Shown piece by piece: positions 29,080-39,402 of a stretch of DNA of 59,544 nucleotides. The DNA is from Fimbriimonadia bacterium (GTDB lineage: Bacteria; Armatimonadota; Fimbriimonadia; Fimbriimonadales; JABRVX01): NCBI GenBank assembly GCA_041483895.1, contig JBGPGO010000019.1, positions 1 to 59,544 of the forward strand. Direction: 5' to 3'. Under the pieces are notes generated by a model. That model made no database searches, was not told where the DNA came from, and was given only the letters and a program-made list of their open reading frames with translations. The number at the start of each line of letters is the position of its first letter. Position 1 is the stretch's first letter. The position numbers and the translations under genes are program-made.

Positions 29080-30170
29080 TGACCAAGAACCTCCCTGAAT
29101 GCCTTTTCGAATACGGTCATCTGTTCCTTCGTGCCGGTCGTTACGCGAATGTGTGTCGGACGCCCGAATATCTGTCCGGGACGAATTATTACACCTTTTC
29201 GCAGCAGCGCCTCAAACAGATCGGCGGCCGATTTCCGCGTGTCTGCCCATGCGAAATTTGCATAGCTTTCGGTATGTCGCATCCCCAACGCATCGAGAAA
29301 AGTTGCAAGCCCGATCAACGCCGCCCGATTGGTGTCGATGGTTTTGCGCAGATGCTCGTTGTCATCCAGAGCGGCGATTGCAGCGGCTTGGCCGATGGAC
29401 GAAACGTTGAACGGCATTCGCGTCCGCTCCATCGCATCGACCAGCCATTCTGGCCCGAACATGTACCCCACGCGCAACCCCGCGAGACCGTATGCCTTGG
29501 AAAAGGTACGCAGCACACACACGTCCCTGCCTTGCTTGAGGAACTCAATCGCGCTGCCTTCTTCCGGAAAATACTCATAGTACGCTTCGTCGATCACGGG
29601 CAATACGTGCGCGGGCAATGCGTTGATGAAGTCATTCAATTCCGTTTGCCGGACAAGCGTGGCGGTCGGATTATTCGGGTTGGCAATGATAGCCAGCCGT
29701 GTCATTGATCCGCTGGCCCCCGCCATTGCCGGCAGGTCATGCCGCTCATCTTCGGTGAGAGTAACTTTTACTAACTTTGCGTCGCATCGATCGGCAACCA
29801 AATAGTAGCTGAGAAAGGAGGGATCGCCGATCACCATCTCGTCGCCGGGATTCAGAAATGCCATCCCCAACATCGTCAGCAGCTCGTCGGACCCGCATCC
29901 CATCGCTACCTGCGACGGTTTCACTCCGTTGCGCTCCGCCAGCTTTTCACGCAGGTCCACCGCGCCGGCGTCCGGGTAAAAGTGCACATCGCGCAGCGCC
30001 CGCTCCATCGCCTCAACCGCCATCGGCGACGGGCCAAGCGGATTCTCGTTCGAAGCCAGCTTGACGACGTTGGCAATGCCGAGCTCCCGCTGCACCTCCT
30101 GGATCGGTTTGCCAGGGACGTACGGTCGGATGCGCAGGATATTGGGTCGGACGGAGTCGGCGGCGGTCAT
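29076..30170 (-). CDS. hisC: Histidinol-phosphate aminotransferase
   Basis: PYVPGKP, KLASNENP, NPNNPT, RTFSKAYGLAGLRVGY. Confidence 0.95.
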   Translation of the reverse strand: MTAADSVRPNILRIRPYVPGKPIQEVQRELGIANVVKLASNENPLGPSPMAVEAMERALRDVHFYPDAGAVDLREKLAERNGVKPSQVAMGCGSDELLTMLGMAFLNPGDEMVIGDPSFLSYYLVADRCDAKLVKVTLTEDERHDLPAMAGASGSMTRLAIIANPNNPTATLVRQTELNDFINALPAHVLPVIDEAYYEYFPEEGSAIEFLKQGRDVCVLRTFSKAYGLAGLRVGYMFGPEWLVDAMERTRMPFNVSSIGQAAAIAALDDNEHLRKTIDTNRAALIGLATFLDALGMRHTESYANFAWADTRKSAADLFEALLRKGVIIRPGQIFGRPTHIRVTTGTKEQMTVFEKAFREVLGQ

Positions 30171-30207
30171 TACGCCTATTGTACCGGACCCGTTCGCGGC
30201 GATCTGG

Positions 30208-33200
30208 TTAGACCGGCCCACGACGCCGAAGGCGGCCAATCCAATTGCTCAGGTCGTCCATGACGGTATAGGTGCAAGGGATCACCAATAGGGTCAGGAA
30301 TGTGGAAAGCGTGAGGCCGCCGATGACCGTGACGCCGAGCGGAGCGCGGAATTCCGAGCCGCGTCCGATGGCCAACGCGACCGGAATCATCGCGAAGATC
30401 AGGGCCAAAGTGGTCATCGCAATCGGGCGCAGGCGGATCGGTCCGGCAGTTAGCAGTGCCTCCTGCCTGTCCATCCCCCGCGATCGCAAAGTGTTCGTAT
30501 AGTCAACGAGCAGGATCGCGTTTTTGCCGACGAGACCTACCAGCATGATTACGCCGATAAACCCAACAATGTCGAACGTTGTCTTCGCGATAATTAGTGC
30601 AAGCAGCGCGCCCGCCATCGCCTGCGGCTGCGCGAACTGAATCACCAGCGGATAGAGGATATTGTCGAACAATGACGCCATCAGCATGTAGACTAAGATC
30701 AGCCCGAGGATCAGCGCGCGGAACAGGAATGGCGCTTCGTCCCCCTGTACTTTGTTTTCCCCTTGCCACGTTTTCGTGATGCCCGGCTCTGGCAATCCAA
30801 GGCTGTCCAGCTTCTTGTCGATCACCTGCTGCATGTTTCCGGGATTGTAGCCGGGGAGAAGCTGGCTCGTTACAAGTATCTCCCGCTGCTTGTCGCGCCG
30901 ATTAATCTTCGTCGCGCCAAATTCTAGTCGGGGCTTGGCCAGGTCTTGAAGGGTTAGCAGGCCGCCGTTGGACGCGAACGCGACGGGTACATTCTTCGCA
31001 TTGTCGACATTGTTTCGGTCCTGCTCTTCCAGCCGCACACGGATCGGATATTCCTGTCCGTTTTCGCGATACTTGATGGAGTCGTCGCCCTCGTAGGAGA
31101 TGCGCAGCGCGGCGCCCAACTGTTGCACGGATACATTCGCGTCGGCCATTCGATCCCTGTCCGCGTAGGCGCGAATTTCCGGTTTGCCTGGCTTGGAGGA
31201 AACGTCCGCATCCACGCATCCGGGAATCTTCGTGAGCATATCCCGGACTTTCGCCGCCGAATCCGCAAGTTGACGATTGTCGCGGCCGGACAGCGAAATG
31301 GAGATCGGCGCACCAAAGCCGAAGCCGCTGACGGCGCTGACGGTGAGAATGCAGTCCGGGATTCTGCCAAGGCTTGCCCGAATCTCATCCGCCACGTCGG
31401 AGTCTTTTCGCAGCCTGAGTCCTTTGGTCGGGGCGCCGGTCAGCGCCTCTCCCAGGCTTCGTTTGGGATAGAGCGTCACCTGAATCTGGGCGAATTGGGA
31501 ACCCGAGTCTCCCGCGCCGAAAAACCCGGCGGTTGTCGATCCGACGGAGGCCAGCACACGCTCGACGTCTTTCGTCTTTGCACAGATTTTCTCTACCCGC
31601 TTAACTTCGCGGTCCGTCGATTCGAGCGATGTGCCGGCAGGGAAGATCATGCTGATGGAGACCTGTCCCTGATCCGTTCCGGGAGCAAATCGGAATTGAA
31701 AGATCGGCTGGCCTTTCTGAATTCCCAGAAAAGTCCCGAAAACTGTCGCGACGAAGAACATTGCGCCCCACATCAGAAACAGCCCGCCGGCCCGGAACCA
31801 CTCTCTTCGAAATCTGCGCGCGACGCCAACCAATCCCAGGACCGCGGCGATTCCGACCATCGGTTTCAGCGCTCCGGTCGCCTGTTTCACCGACGCCGCG
31901 TAGCTGGGTACGAACGAGCCGCCGATCATCATGAAGATCGACACCAGCACGCCGAAGCCAAGGAAGAGCGTCAGCCATCGATGGCGAAGCGCGGCGGCAA
32001 GGGCCGAGCGATAAGAGTTCGTGATTCCGCCCCAAATCCGTTCGAACATGCCAAAGAAGCCGCGTGCCTCCTCAGCCTCCAAGTGCTCGCCGGCTTTGTA
32101 CCAACGCGAAGCCAGCATGGGGGTCACAGTGAAAGATACGAACAGCGATAACAGCGTGGCTGTGGCGACGGTGATACCAAACGAGCGGAAGAACTGGCCG
32201 CTCACGCCGCCCATCGTGGAAATCGGAATGAATACCGCAATATCGACGAGAGTGATGACAATTGCCGCGAGGCCGATTTCGGACCGTCCATTGATCGCCG
32301 CGGTCTTCGGATCTTCACCCAAAGTCAGGTGCCTATAAATATTCTCCAAAACAACGATGGCGTCATCGACCAGAATGCCGACGGCAAGCGAGAGGCCAAG
32401 CATCGTCATTGTGTTGAGCGTAAAGCCGAAGGCGTTCATGACCATGAATGTGCCGAATATGCAGGTCGGTATCGCAAGCGCGACGATTATGGTGCCTCGT
32501 ATATTGTGCAGAAATAGGAAGATGATTCCGATGACCAGGATAATTCCGAGCGCAAGGCTGACTTCCAGATCGGTGAGGCTCTCGACAACCTTTTCCGCCG
32601 TATCCGTTACTACGGTAAACGTGATGTCGGGGTACTCGCTTTTCAGCCGCTCAATCTCGACATGGGCGGCTTTGGAGATTTCAACGGCATTGCCTTGCGA
32701 GGTCTTTTGGAAAACCAACGTGATGCTCGGAACCCCGTTCAGGCGGTTGTAGGTTGTGCGCTCCTTCGTCGTGTCGGTAACCGTCGCGACGTTGGACAGG
32801 CTGATCGTCGGCCCTTTGGCGTTCGGATTGTCTCGGTTCTGCAACGGAATTTTTAGGTTGCGCAGTTCGTCAACGGATCGGAACTCGCCGTACACTCGAA
32901 CGGTGTACTCGCGATTGCCCTCCGTCGATCGGCCGGCCGGCACGTTGAGCGTGGCATCATTGATCGCGCTCCACACGCGGGTGATGGGAATACCATAAGC
33001 AACGAGACGATCCTGATCGACCGCGACAAGAATCTCCCGCTCGTCCCCACCGTTAACGGCTATGCTGCCGACTCCAGGGATTCGGCTGAAACGATCCTTA
33101 ATGCGCTGGTCAATAAGATCGCGCAGGTCGCGCGACGCTCTCGTGTTCGATGCCAAGCTCAGGTAGAGAACCGGTTGGGAGGTAGTATCAAATTTCTGAA

Positions 33201-33582
33201 CCGTTGGAGCAAGAGAATTCTTTGGTAGCAGAGACCGGATTCCGTCGATCTTCGTCCGGACGTCCTCAAACGCGACATCGACTGGCGTGCCGATCTTGAA
33301 GGCGATGGTCGTGAACGAAGTCCCCTCTTGTGAGGTCGAAATGAGGCTGTCCACGCTGCTCACCGAGCTGACGGCGTCCTCAATCCTGCGGGTGACCAGC
33401 GTCTCGATCTCCTCCGGTCCCGCGCCCGGATAGCTGACCGAAACGGTGACGCTGGGGAAGGAAACGTCGGGATTCTGCTCCGTCCGCATTCCACGCAAAC
33501 TCAAGAACCCCAATATGAGCGCGGCCAACATCAACATGAAGATGAACACAGGCCGACGAATGGCCATTTGGGTCAGGCCCAT
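30208..33582 (-). CDS. RND efflux permease (AcrB/AcrD/AcrF family)
   Basis: AIRRPV, GILVDDAIVVLENI, VGKNAILLVD, RLRPIAMT. Confidence 0.95.
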   Translation of the reverse strand: MGLTQMAIRRPVFIFMLMLAALILGFLSLRGMRTEQNPDVSFPSVTVSVSYPGAGPEEIETLVTRRIEDAVSSVSSVDSLISTSQEGTSFTTIAFKIGTPVDVAFEDVRTKIDGIRSLLPKNSLAPTVQKFDTTSQPVLYLSLASNTRASRDLRDLIDQRIKDRFSRIPGVGSIAVNGGDEREILVAVDQDRLVAYGIPITRVWSAINDATLNVPAGRSTEGNREYTVRVYGEFRSVDELRNLKIPLQNRDNPNAKGPTISLSNVATVTDTTKERTTYNRLNGVPSITLVFQKTSQGNAVEISKAAHVEIERLKSEYPDITFTVVTDTAEKVVESLTDLEVSLALGIILVIGIIFLFLHNIRGTIIVALAIPTCIFGTFMVMNAFGFTLNTMTMLGLSLAVGILVDDAIVVLENIYRHLTLGEDPKTAAINGRSEIGLAAIVITLVDIAVFIPISTMGGVSGQFFRSFGITVATATLLSLFVSFTVTPMLASRWYKAGEHLEAEEARGFFGMFERIWGGITNSYRSALAAALRHRWLTLFLGFGVLVSIFMMIGGSFVPSYAASVKQATGALKPMVGIAAVLGLVGVARRFRREWFRAGGLFLMWGAMFFVATVFGTFLGIQKGQPIFQFRFAPGTDQGQVSISMIFPAGTSLESTDREVKRVEKICAKTKDVERVLASVGSTTAGFFGAGDSGSQFAQIQVTLYPKRSLGEALTGAPTKGLRLRKDSDVADEIRASLGRIPDCILTVSAVSGFGFGAPISISLSGRDNRQLADSAAKVRDMLTKIPGCVDADVSSKPGKPEIRAYADRDRMADANVSVQQLGAALRISYEGDDSIKYRENGQEYPIRVRLEEQDRNNVDNAKNVPVAFASNGGLLTLQDLAKPRLEFGATKINRRDKQREILVTSQLLPGYNPGNMQQVIDKKLDSLGLPEPGITKTWQGENKVQGDEAPFLFRALILGLILVYMLMASLFDNILYPLVIQFAQPQAMAGALLALIIAKTTFDIVGFIGVIMLVGLVGKNAILLVDYTNTLRSRGMDRQEALLTAGPIRLRPIAMTTLALIFAMIPVALAIGRGSEFRAPLGVTVIGGLTLSTFLTLLVIPCTYTVMDDLSNWIGRLRRRGPV

Positions 33583-33595
33583 ATCGCTCCCCCCT

Positions 33596-35044
33596 CTATT
33601 CCTGGCCGCCGGACGGCGATTTTTCGATGCTCACCTTGGCGCCGTCCGAGAGCGTATCCGCTCCCTTCACGACCACAAGATCGCCAACCTGGATGCCCGT
33701 CAGTTCGACAAATTCCGGCGAGGAAAGGCCCACCGTGACTTTCCGCGCATGCGCCACACCATTTTCAATAACGAACACCGAAGGCTCGCCCCCGCGGGAA
33801 ACGATCGCGTCTTTGGGCGCCACGACGGCGTTCGGGACGTTGCGCGAAACGATGCTGCCTCGCGCAAACATCCCGGGTTTCAGCCTGCCCGCCCCATCGG
33901 TCAATGCGATTCGGACCGTAAATTGCCGCGCCTGTTCATTCGCAACGGGTCGGATCGCCGCCACAGCAGCGGAAAACTGTTGCCCTGGAAGGGCGTCGAT
34001 GGCCACCGTCACACGCTGCCCAACCGTTATGTTACGAATTTCCGTTTCCGGCACATTGCCTTCGAAGTAAACGGTGTTCATGCTGATAACGCGGAGGATC
34101 GGCGCACCGGCCATAGCCATCTGCCCGGGATGCCCCGTCCGCTCTTCCACCTGTCCATCAACCGGGCTATAGATTCGCGTATTGTCGATCTGTTGCTTGG
34201 CAAGCTGAACGGTGGATTGCGCTTGCGCCACCGCCGCCCGCGCCGCCACCACCTTCTCCTTTTTGATCGTGTCGTTGGGCCGATTCGCCTTGGCCAAAAT
34301 CAGATTCTGCTCCGCCTGCCGCACCTGCTGGCGCGCCGCGTCGATATCTTCCTTGCGCGGCCCGATCTGCAGCAGTTTGAGCGCCTGGACGGCCGAGTCC
34401 CACTTGGCCATCGCCTTGTCCATCTCGATTTTCGCCTGCTCAGCGACCCGACGGTTGAGCGCATCCTGCTTCACCAGCTCGGAATATCGGTCAAATTCTT
34501 GCTTGTTCCATTCGTAATCCAGCCGCGCCGAATCCACCGCCTTTTGAGCCTGGGCGATATCCTCCGGGCGGCTTCCCGTCTCCAGCTTGCGCAGGTTGGC
34601 GTTCGCCGCGCCGAGGGCCGCCTCCGCGCCCCGAACGCTCGCCTCGGTCTGAACCGGCGACATGGCCGCTTCCAATTTTGCCTGCGCCTCAGAAGAACGC
34701 GCGCTCGCCAAGCCCGCTTCAGCCTGCCGGAGCTGGGTCATCAATTCCGTCGATTCCTGTTCGGCGACGAGCTGCCCGGCCCGAACATGGTCTCCCGGGC
34801 GAACCAGCACGCGGGACAATCGGCCGCTCAGCTTCGGAGACAGATAGACATCTTCCAATGTGTTCAGACTGCCCGTGATATTGACGGTCTGTTGCATCGG
34901 GCGCGTTGTGACCGCAGCCACGCGCACCAGCGTTCCGGTGTCTCCCGGCGGCGGCGCCTTCTTGTCATCCGCGGCTTTCGATTGTCCCCCGCCGCAGCCC
35001 GCGAGCAAGACCGCAATGGGCAAAATTGCGACCCATCGTTTCAT
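33596..35044 (-). CDS. RND periplasmic adaptor (lipoprotein MFP) with long alpha-hairpin
   Basis: Lipobox LAGC; lipoyl half-motifs GDHVRAGQL and IYSPVDG; LKPGMFARG. Confidence 0.93.
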   Translation of the reverse strand: MKRWVAILPIAVLLAGCGGGQSKAADDKKAPPPGDTGTLVRVAAVTTRPMQQTVNITGSLNTLEDVYLSPKLSGRLSRVLVRPGDHVRAGQLVAEQESTELMTQLRQAEAGLASARSSEAQAKLEAAMSPVQTEASVRGAEAALGAANANLRKLETGSRPEDIAQAQKAVDSARLDYEWNKQEFDRYSELVKQDALNRRVAEQAKIEMDKAMAKWDSAVQALKLLQIGPRKEDIDAARQQVRQAEQNLILAKANRPNDTIKKEKVVAARAAVAQAQSTVQLAKQQIDNTRIYSPVDGQVEERTGHPGQMAMAGAPILRVISMNTVYFEGNVPETEIRNITVGQRVTVAIDALPGQQFSAAVAAIRPVANEQARQFTVRIALTDGAGRLKPGMFARGSIVSRNVPNAVVAPKDAIVSRGGEPSVFVIENGVAHARKVTVGLSSPEFVELTGIQVGDLVVVKGADTLSDGAKVSIEKSPSGGQE

Positions 35045-36343
35045 CTAAACCCCCTCTAGTCCCGTTGCCTTTTGCAATCGGGAATAGGCTCGAAAATAGT
35101 CGTACCGCGCGTTCACTTCATTCAAGCGCGCCTGTGTCAACGCTAGCTCGGAGTCACTGACTTCCAACTGGATCGCAACATCATTCTTGTATCGCACCTG
35201 GGAAAGGCGAAGGGCCTCTTCCGCTTCCGTCACGGCGGCGGCGGCGGACTTCAATCGGTCCCCCGCTTCGGTCAGCGCGAGGTAGTCCTGCTTGATCTCC
35301 AACGATATGTTCTGCTTGATCTCATCCAGCGATGTCTTTGCCGACGACAGGTCCGCGCGCGCTTGCGAGGTCCGCGCCTTCGTAATGCCTCCGTCAAAAA
35401 TTGGGAACGACACAGACGCGACGCCGGTCAGCCGATCCTTTCGCGTGTTGAAGGGTGTCGTGTCGAAGTTCAGGTTCTCGGCCACGGAGAGATTCAAATT
35501 TGGATAGTTGCCTCGGGACTCAAAGCTCACGTTGGCCTCCCGCAGCCGCACGTTCCACTGGCTTTGCAGGACCTCCGGCCGCCGGGATAGCGCCTGTGCG
35601 GTGATGTCCGCAAGCGTGCCGGTCATCGTGGGGAGCTGCCCCGGTTCGGCGAGATCGAATTCCGTGTTCACATCCCGGGCCAGCACATTGTTGAATGACG
35701 CCTTTGCCAGGGCCACGCCGTTGACCGCCTTGATCAGCCGCTGCTGGTTATCCGCCACCTGGGTCTTGGCCCGCAAAATATCGATCTTGCTCGACGTTCC
35801 CGCCTCAACATTGACCTCCGCCACGCGCTGCCGCTCCTGCGCGTTCTTCACCGCTTCATCGGCAATCGCCACGCCGCTTAGGGCCTGCCACACGTCGTAA
35901 TAGGCCAGCCTCACGCGCTCGACAACGTTGGTCTTCTCCGCCGCCAAGCCTTGCTCGGAAAAGTTCGTCAGGGCCTTCGCGCCCTGGACAGCCAACTTTT
36001 GCTGTCCGCCGAGATTGATTTGGTGCGAGGCCGTGATGGCGGCGGTGCGGTTATCCAGCGGCTGGGTCACGATCCGCTGCGTGATGTCATTTCCCTGGTC
36101 GTCTTTGCCTGGGAACTCCGCCACGCCCTGCTTGTCGTTTCGGGTCCACGTCCCGGTGACATCAACGCGAGGGCGCAAAGTCGCATAGCCTTGGTCCACT
36201 TGCCCCCGACTCTTGGCCACCTCGCTTGCGGCTCTTCGCACGGCGAAGCTGTTTCGCAACGCGATGTCGATGGCCTGGTCCAGGGTCAGCCTTTGGGGCG
36301 CTTGGGCCCACAAGAGCAGTGCCATGAATGCGGAAAGTACCAT
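35045..36343 (-). CDS. TolC-family outer membrane factor
   Basis: LTLDQAIDIALRN, RRPEV, SFPIFDGG, LQKATG. Confidence 0.92.
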   Translation of the reverse strand: MVLSAFMALLLWAQAPQRLTLDQAIDIALRNSFAVRRAASEVAKSRGQVDQGYATLRPRVDVTGTWTRNDKQGVAEFPGKDDQGNDITQRIVTQPLDNRTAAITASHQINLGGQQKLAVQGAKALTNFSEQGLAAEKTNVVERVRLAYYDVWQALSGVAIADEAVKNAQERQRVAEVNVEAGTSSKIDILRAKTQVADNQQRLIKAVNGVALAKASFNNVLARDVNTEFDLAEPGQLPTMTGTLADITAQALSRRPEVLQSQWNVRLREANVSFESRGNYPNLNLSVAENLNFDTTPFNTRKDRLTGVASVSFPIFDGGITKARTSQARADLSSAKTSLDEIKQNISLEIKQDYLALTEAGDRLKSAAAAVTEAEEALRLSQVRYKNDVAIQLEVSDSELALTQARLNEVNARYDYFRAYSRLQKATGLEGV

Positions 36344-36346
36344 CCC

Positions 36347-36589
36347 TTAGCTCCCCTCCTTGAATTCCTTCTCCGCGCGCTGCAGGCTGGCCGTAAGGTA
36401 TTCCAGAAACGCGCGCATTCCGTCCAGCTTGAACACCATTAGTCCCGGATGAATCGGGTGCTTCATCACGAGCAGTTTATCCCCTGGCACAAAGCCGAGC
36501 GCATGCCGGGCCTCGGCCGGGATGACGATCTGTCCCCGCTCGCCAACGGTGACGGTGCCGTAGAAACATTCATCGATGCTGGGGTCCAT
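36347..36589 (-). CDS. AbrB/MazE/SpoVT-family DNA-binding protein
   Basis: FYGTVTVGERGQIVIPAEAR..LG..PGDKL; GGAGG RBS. Confidence 0.9.
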   Translation of the reverse strand: MDPSIDECFYGTVTVGERGQIVIPAEARHALGFVPGDKLLVMKHPIHPGLMVFKLDGMRAFLEYLTASLQRAEKEFKEGS

Positions 36590-36621
36590 TTTGGAACACC
36601 TCCGTCCCACTCCGCCGCAAT

Positions 36622-36645
36622 ATCATGTAAATCATGCGAATTATA
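36622..36645 (-). promoter_or_regulatory. -10 box TATAAT followed by CATGAT direct repeats 9 bp apart (possible operator)
   Basis: Minus strand reads TATAATTCGCATGATTTACATGATATT. Confidence 0.5.
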
Positions 36646-36846
36646 CACGCCGCGAGAGGTCTCGCGTGCCCGAAAAGGGTCCAAAGTCCCACTACTTCGC
36701 GCTTCCCCGCCTTTCCAAGCCTGTCCCGAACGGAACGGAGGGTGAGGGGTACGGGAGGTTGGCGGTCAGGACTAGCTGCTATCGATCACGTCGCAACGAG
36801 ATAGCGCAAAATAGTCGCAGGGTTGAACCATCAGAAGGGAGCACCA

Positions 36847-37281
36847 ATGCGGAAGGTATCCGTTTCTCAAATCGATGCCGCGGTCGGGTGGATCGCTCTT
36901 GCAGCCGCATGCCTGGAGTTATCCTACGTCACTTTCCTCGGGAACATCATCCTGAAAGCGAGGTACCCGAACATAAATCTCGACGATCCGCAGATGATGG
37001 GGAAGTACTTCTTCTGTTGCCCAACCATAATTCTGGGTCTGATCGGCGGACTTCTCGTCATTCGCAACATCTTTGCCGGTTTCTGGTTCATCATGCTAGG
37101 CAGCATCGGTCCAACGCTCATGTTCCTCATGCTGACCAGTATGGCAATCGCTTTCGAGGGCGGTCTTCCGCATTTCCAACCAAACGGGGATTGGGAAATG
37201 GTCCTCTATTACTTGGTTCATCTCCTCTTGCTGCTCTATTGCATCGTTCGGATCTTTATTCGGCTGTTTACGAAGGTCTAG
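36847..37281 (+). CDS. Hypothetical 4-TM membrane protein
   Basis: GGGAG RBS; four hydrophobic segments; downstream terminator. Confidence 0.65.
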   Translation: MRKVSVSQIDAAVGWIALAAACLELSYVTFLGNIILKARYPNINLDDPQMMGKYFFCCPTIILGLIGGLLVIRNIFAGFWFIMLGSIGPTLMFLMLTSMAIAFEGGLPHFQPNGDWEMVLYYLVHLLLLLYCIVRIFIRLFTKV

Positions 37282-37330
37282 ACCTTGAGCGGAAACTACG
37301 CGGGCTTCCTTGTTGAGGGGCTATTGTTTC

Positions 37331-37368
37331 TCCCTTCACAATCCCCATTGTGAAGGGGATTTCAATTT
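37331..37368 (+). terminator. Intrinsic terminator
   Basis: TCCCTTCACAAT-cccc-ATTGTGAAGGGG then ATTTCAATTT. Confidence 0.65.
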
Positions 37369-37467
37369 CTGAATTGACCCCCCCATTGAGCCCCATTGAG
37401 GCAAGGCGACACTGTACGCCGCAGGACAGGGTCTTGGGGTCGCCTCCACGGGTGAAGTTGCGGAGGC

Positions 37468-38352
37468 ATGAAACTAGAATTAGGCGATGACATCGCGGAG
37501 GGCCTACTTTGGAGACTTCACGGCGCTGGTGATATGCGCGGACAGGACCAAAATTCAAACATGTTTGCCAATGCCGAAGCCTACGAACGATTCATGGGCC
37601 GCTGGAGCCGTCTCATTGCTCCCTTGCTCGTCGATTTCACTAATGTTCCGGATGGGGGCCAAGTGCTCGACGTTGGCTCAGGCATAGGGTCTTTGGCCTT
37701 TGAAATTGCCCAACGGAACGCCAAATCGCGCGTCGTAGGGATCGATCCATCCGCGGAATACGTCGCATACGCGAACAGCAGAAATGACTTTCCGGCTCGG
37801 ATTAGCTTCCAGATCGGTGATGCCCAAGAACTGCATTTCGCCGATGCGACCTTTCGATGCAGTCTATCATTGCTCGTGTTCAACTTCATTCCTGATCCCG
37901 GAAAAGCGTTAGGAGAGGTGTGTCGTGTTACCGAATCAGGGGGCTGGGTCTCTGCGGCCGTCTGGGACTATGGCGAGCGGATGAGCATGCTCCGAGCCTT
38001 TTGGGACGCCGCCGCGAGCATCGACGCCAGGGCAGTACAACTTGACGAAAAGCACATGCCCCTGTGTCGCGCAGGGGAACTGTCACAGCTATGGAAGCAG
38101 GGCGGCTTGGAGAACGTTCACGAGCAACCGCAGGACATTGCGATGAGGTTCGATACTTTCTTGGATTACTGGGATCCGTTCCTTCTGGGGCAAGGGCCGG
38201 CGGGGTCGTACGTCCGCACCGTCCAGGGTGATCGGTTGCAGGCCTTGCGAGAGGCTGTGAAGCGCCGCCTCTCCATTTCCGACGAGAGTGTGGCTTTCAC
38301 TCTTCCGGCACGTGTGTGGGCGGTGCGCGGCACGGCGCCGATTCATCGCTGA
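37468..38352 (+). CDS. Class I SAM-dependent methyltransferase
   Basis: AYERFMGRWS, VLDVGSGIG, GIDPS, GDAQELHF. The conserved part begins at ATG 37561, so the start is uncertain. Confidence 0.9.
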   Translation: MKLELGDDIAEGLLWRLHGAGDMRGQDQNSNMFANAEAYERFMGRWSRLIAPLLVDFTNVPDGGQVLDVGSGIGSLAFEIAQRNAKSRVVGIDPSAEYVAYANSRNDFPARISFQIGDAQELHFADATFRCSLSLLVFNFIPDPGKALGEVCRVTESGGWVSAAVWDYGERMSMLRAFWDAAASIDARAVQLDEKHMPLCRAGELSQLWKQGGLENVHEQPQDIAMRFDTFLDYWDPFLLGQGPAGSYVRTVQGDRLQALREAVKRRLSISDESVAFTLPARVWAVRGTAPIHR

Positions 38353-38443
38353 CCGCCGCCCTGCGGGCGAAAAGGCGCTTCAACCCCAAGCCAATCACTT
38401 TGTTGAGGGAGTTCGGAGCGATCGATCCTCCATTTCCCTCCGG

Positions 38444-39358
38444 CTAGGGCCGAATGGCGACAACGCGAAAGCCGATGTGGTCGTAGCGCCGTTCCGGTTC
38501 AAACCGCAACCGAAAGGCTGACCGGCAAGGCCAGCCGTTGTCGGCCCAGCAGCCGCCCCGGCGCACTCGGGACACCGCCCCGTTTTCGCTTTTCGTTGCG
38601 GCGGCCTTTGCGGAATACAGGTCGGGATCGGTGCCGCCCGGCAGTCGCATGTGGTACCAATCCCGGCACCACTCGTAGATGTTGCCGTGCATGTCGTGCA
38701 GCCCCCAGGCGTTGGCAGGGTAACTGCCGACTTTGGCGGCCCGATTGAGCGACGGTCCTGGGTCGGCCCCATTGTACGGCTTCCCCTTGAAGTTCGCCTG
38801 TTTGCTGCTGAGCTTATCGCCAAAAGTGGTGGCCGTGATCGTCCCTGCCCGGCAAGCATATTCCCACTGCGCTTCGGTGGGCAGGCGAAACTCCCAATCC
38901 TCTGGGAGGACGCCGGATTGACGGCCGAGTACGGTGAGTTTATGGCAGAACGCCTCCGCCTCGGCAAAGTTGACGTTGCCAACCGGGAAGTCATCGCCAG
39001 CGGGCAACTGCGCCGTCAGCTCGCCCGGCAACTTTCCGATGACCCGTTTCCACTGCCCCTGCGTCGCTTCGTACTTGCCCATCCAGAATCCTTTGCTGAA
39101 GGTCACCTCGACCTGATCTTCGCCCGGGCGCCGTTCGGGTTCACCGCGCGGGCTGCCCATGGTGAATCGGCCTGGCGGGCACCAGCAGAGTTTGATGCCG
39201 GCGACCACTCGCTCTTCCCCTGCCTTCGAGCCATCGAAGGCCGAGGGAACGACCGCCTTGGCTTGGTCGTCCACTGGCGTCACCGGCACGGCACGGTGGC
39301 AGCCGAAACCGCCTGACGTGAGCAGGGCGAGGAAGCAAACTTGTCGCGTGAAAACCAT
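38444..39358 (-). CDS. Formylglycine-generating enzyme (FGE/SUMF1) family protein, probable lipoprotein
   Basis: FTMGSP, FWMGKYEATQ, RLPTEAQWEYACRAG, NAWGLHDMHGNIYEWC, GFRV. Confidence 0.92.
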   Translation of the reverse strand: MVFTRQVCFLALLTSGGFGCHRAVPVTPVDDQAKAVVPSAFDGSKAGEERVVAGIKLCWCPPGRFTMGSPRGEPERRPGEDQVEVTFSKGFWMGKYEATQGQWKRVIGKLPGELTAQLPAGDDFPVGNVNFAEAEAFCHKLTVLGRQSGVLPEDWEFRLPTEAQWEYACRAGTITATTFGDKLSSKQANFKGKPYNGADPGPSLNRAAKVGSYPANAWGLHDMHGNIYEWCRDWYHMRLPGGTDPDLYSAKAAATKSENGAVSRVRRGGCWADNGWPCRSAFRLRFEPERRYDHIGFRVVAIRP

Positions 39359-39402
39359 GACGATTTTCCGCCTCCGAACCACTGAGACAGCAGCGGTATG
39401 CG

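Noticed and set aside
36347..36589. AbrB gene as the antitoxin of a toxin-antitoxin pair
   Set aside because: The next gene is TolC, and no PIN, MazF or Doc toxin is adjacent.
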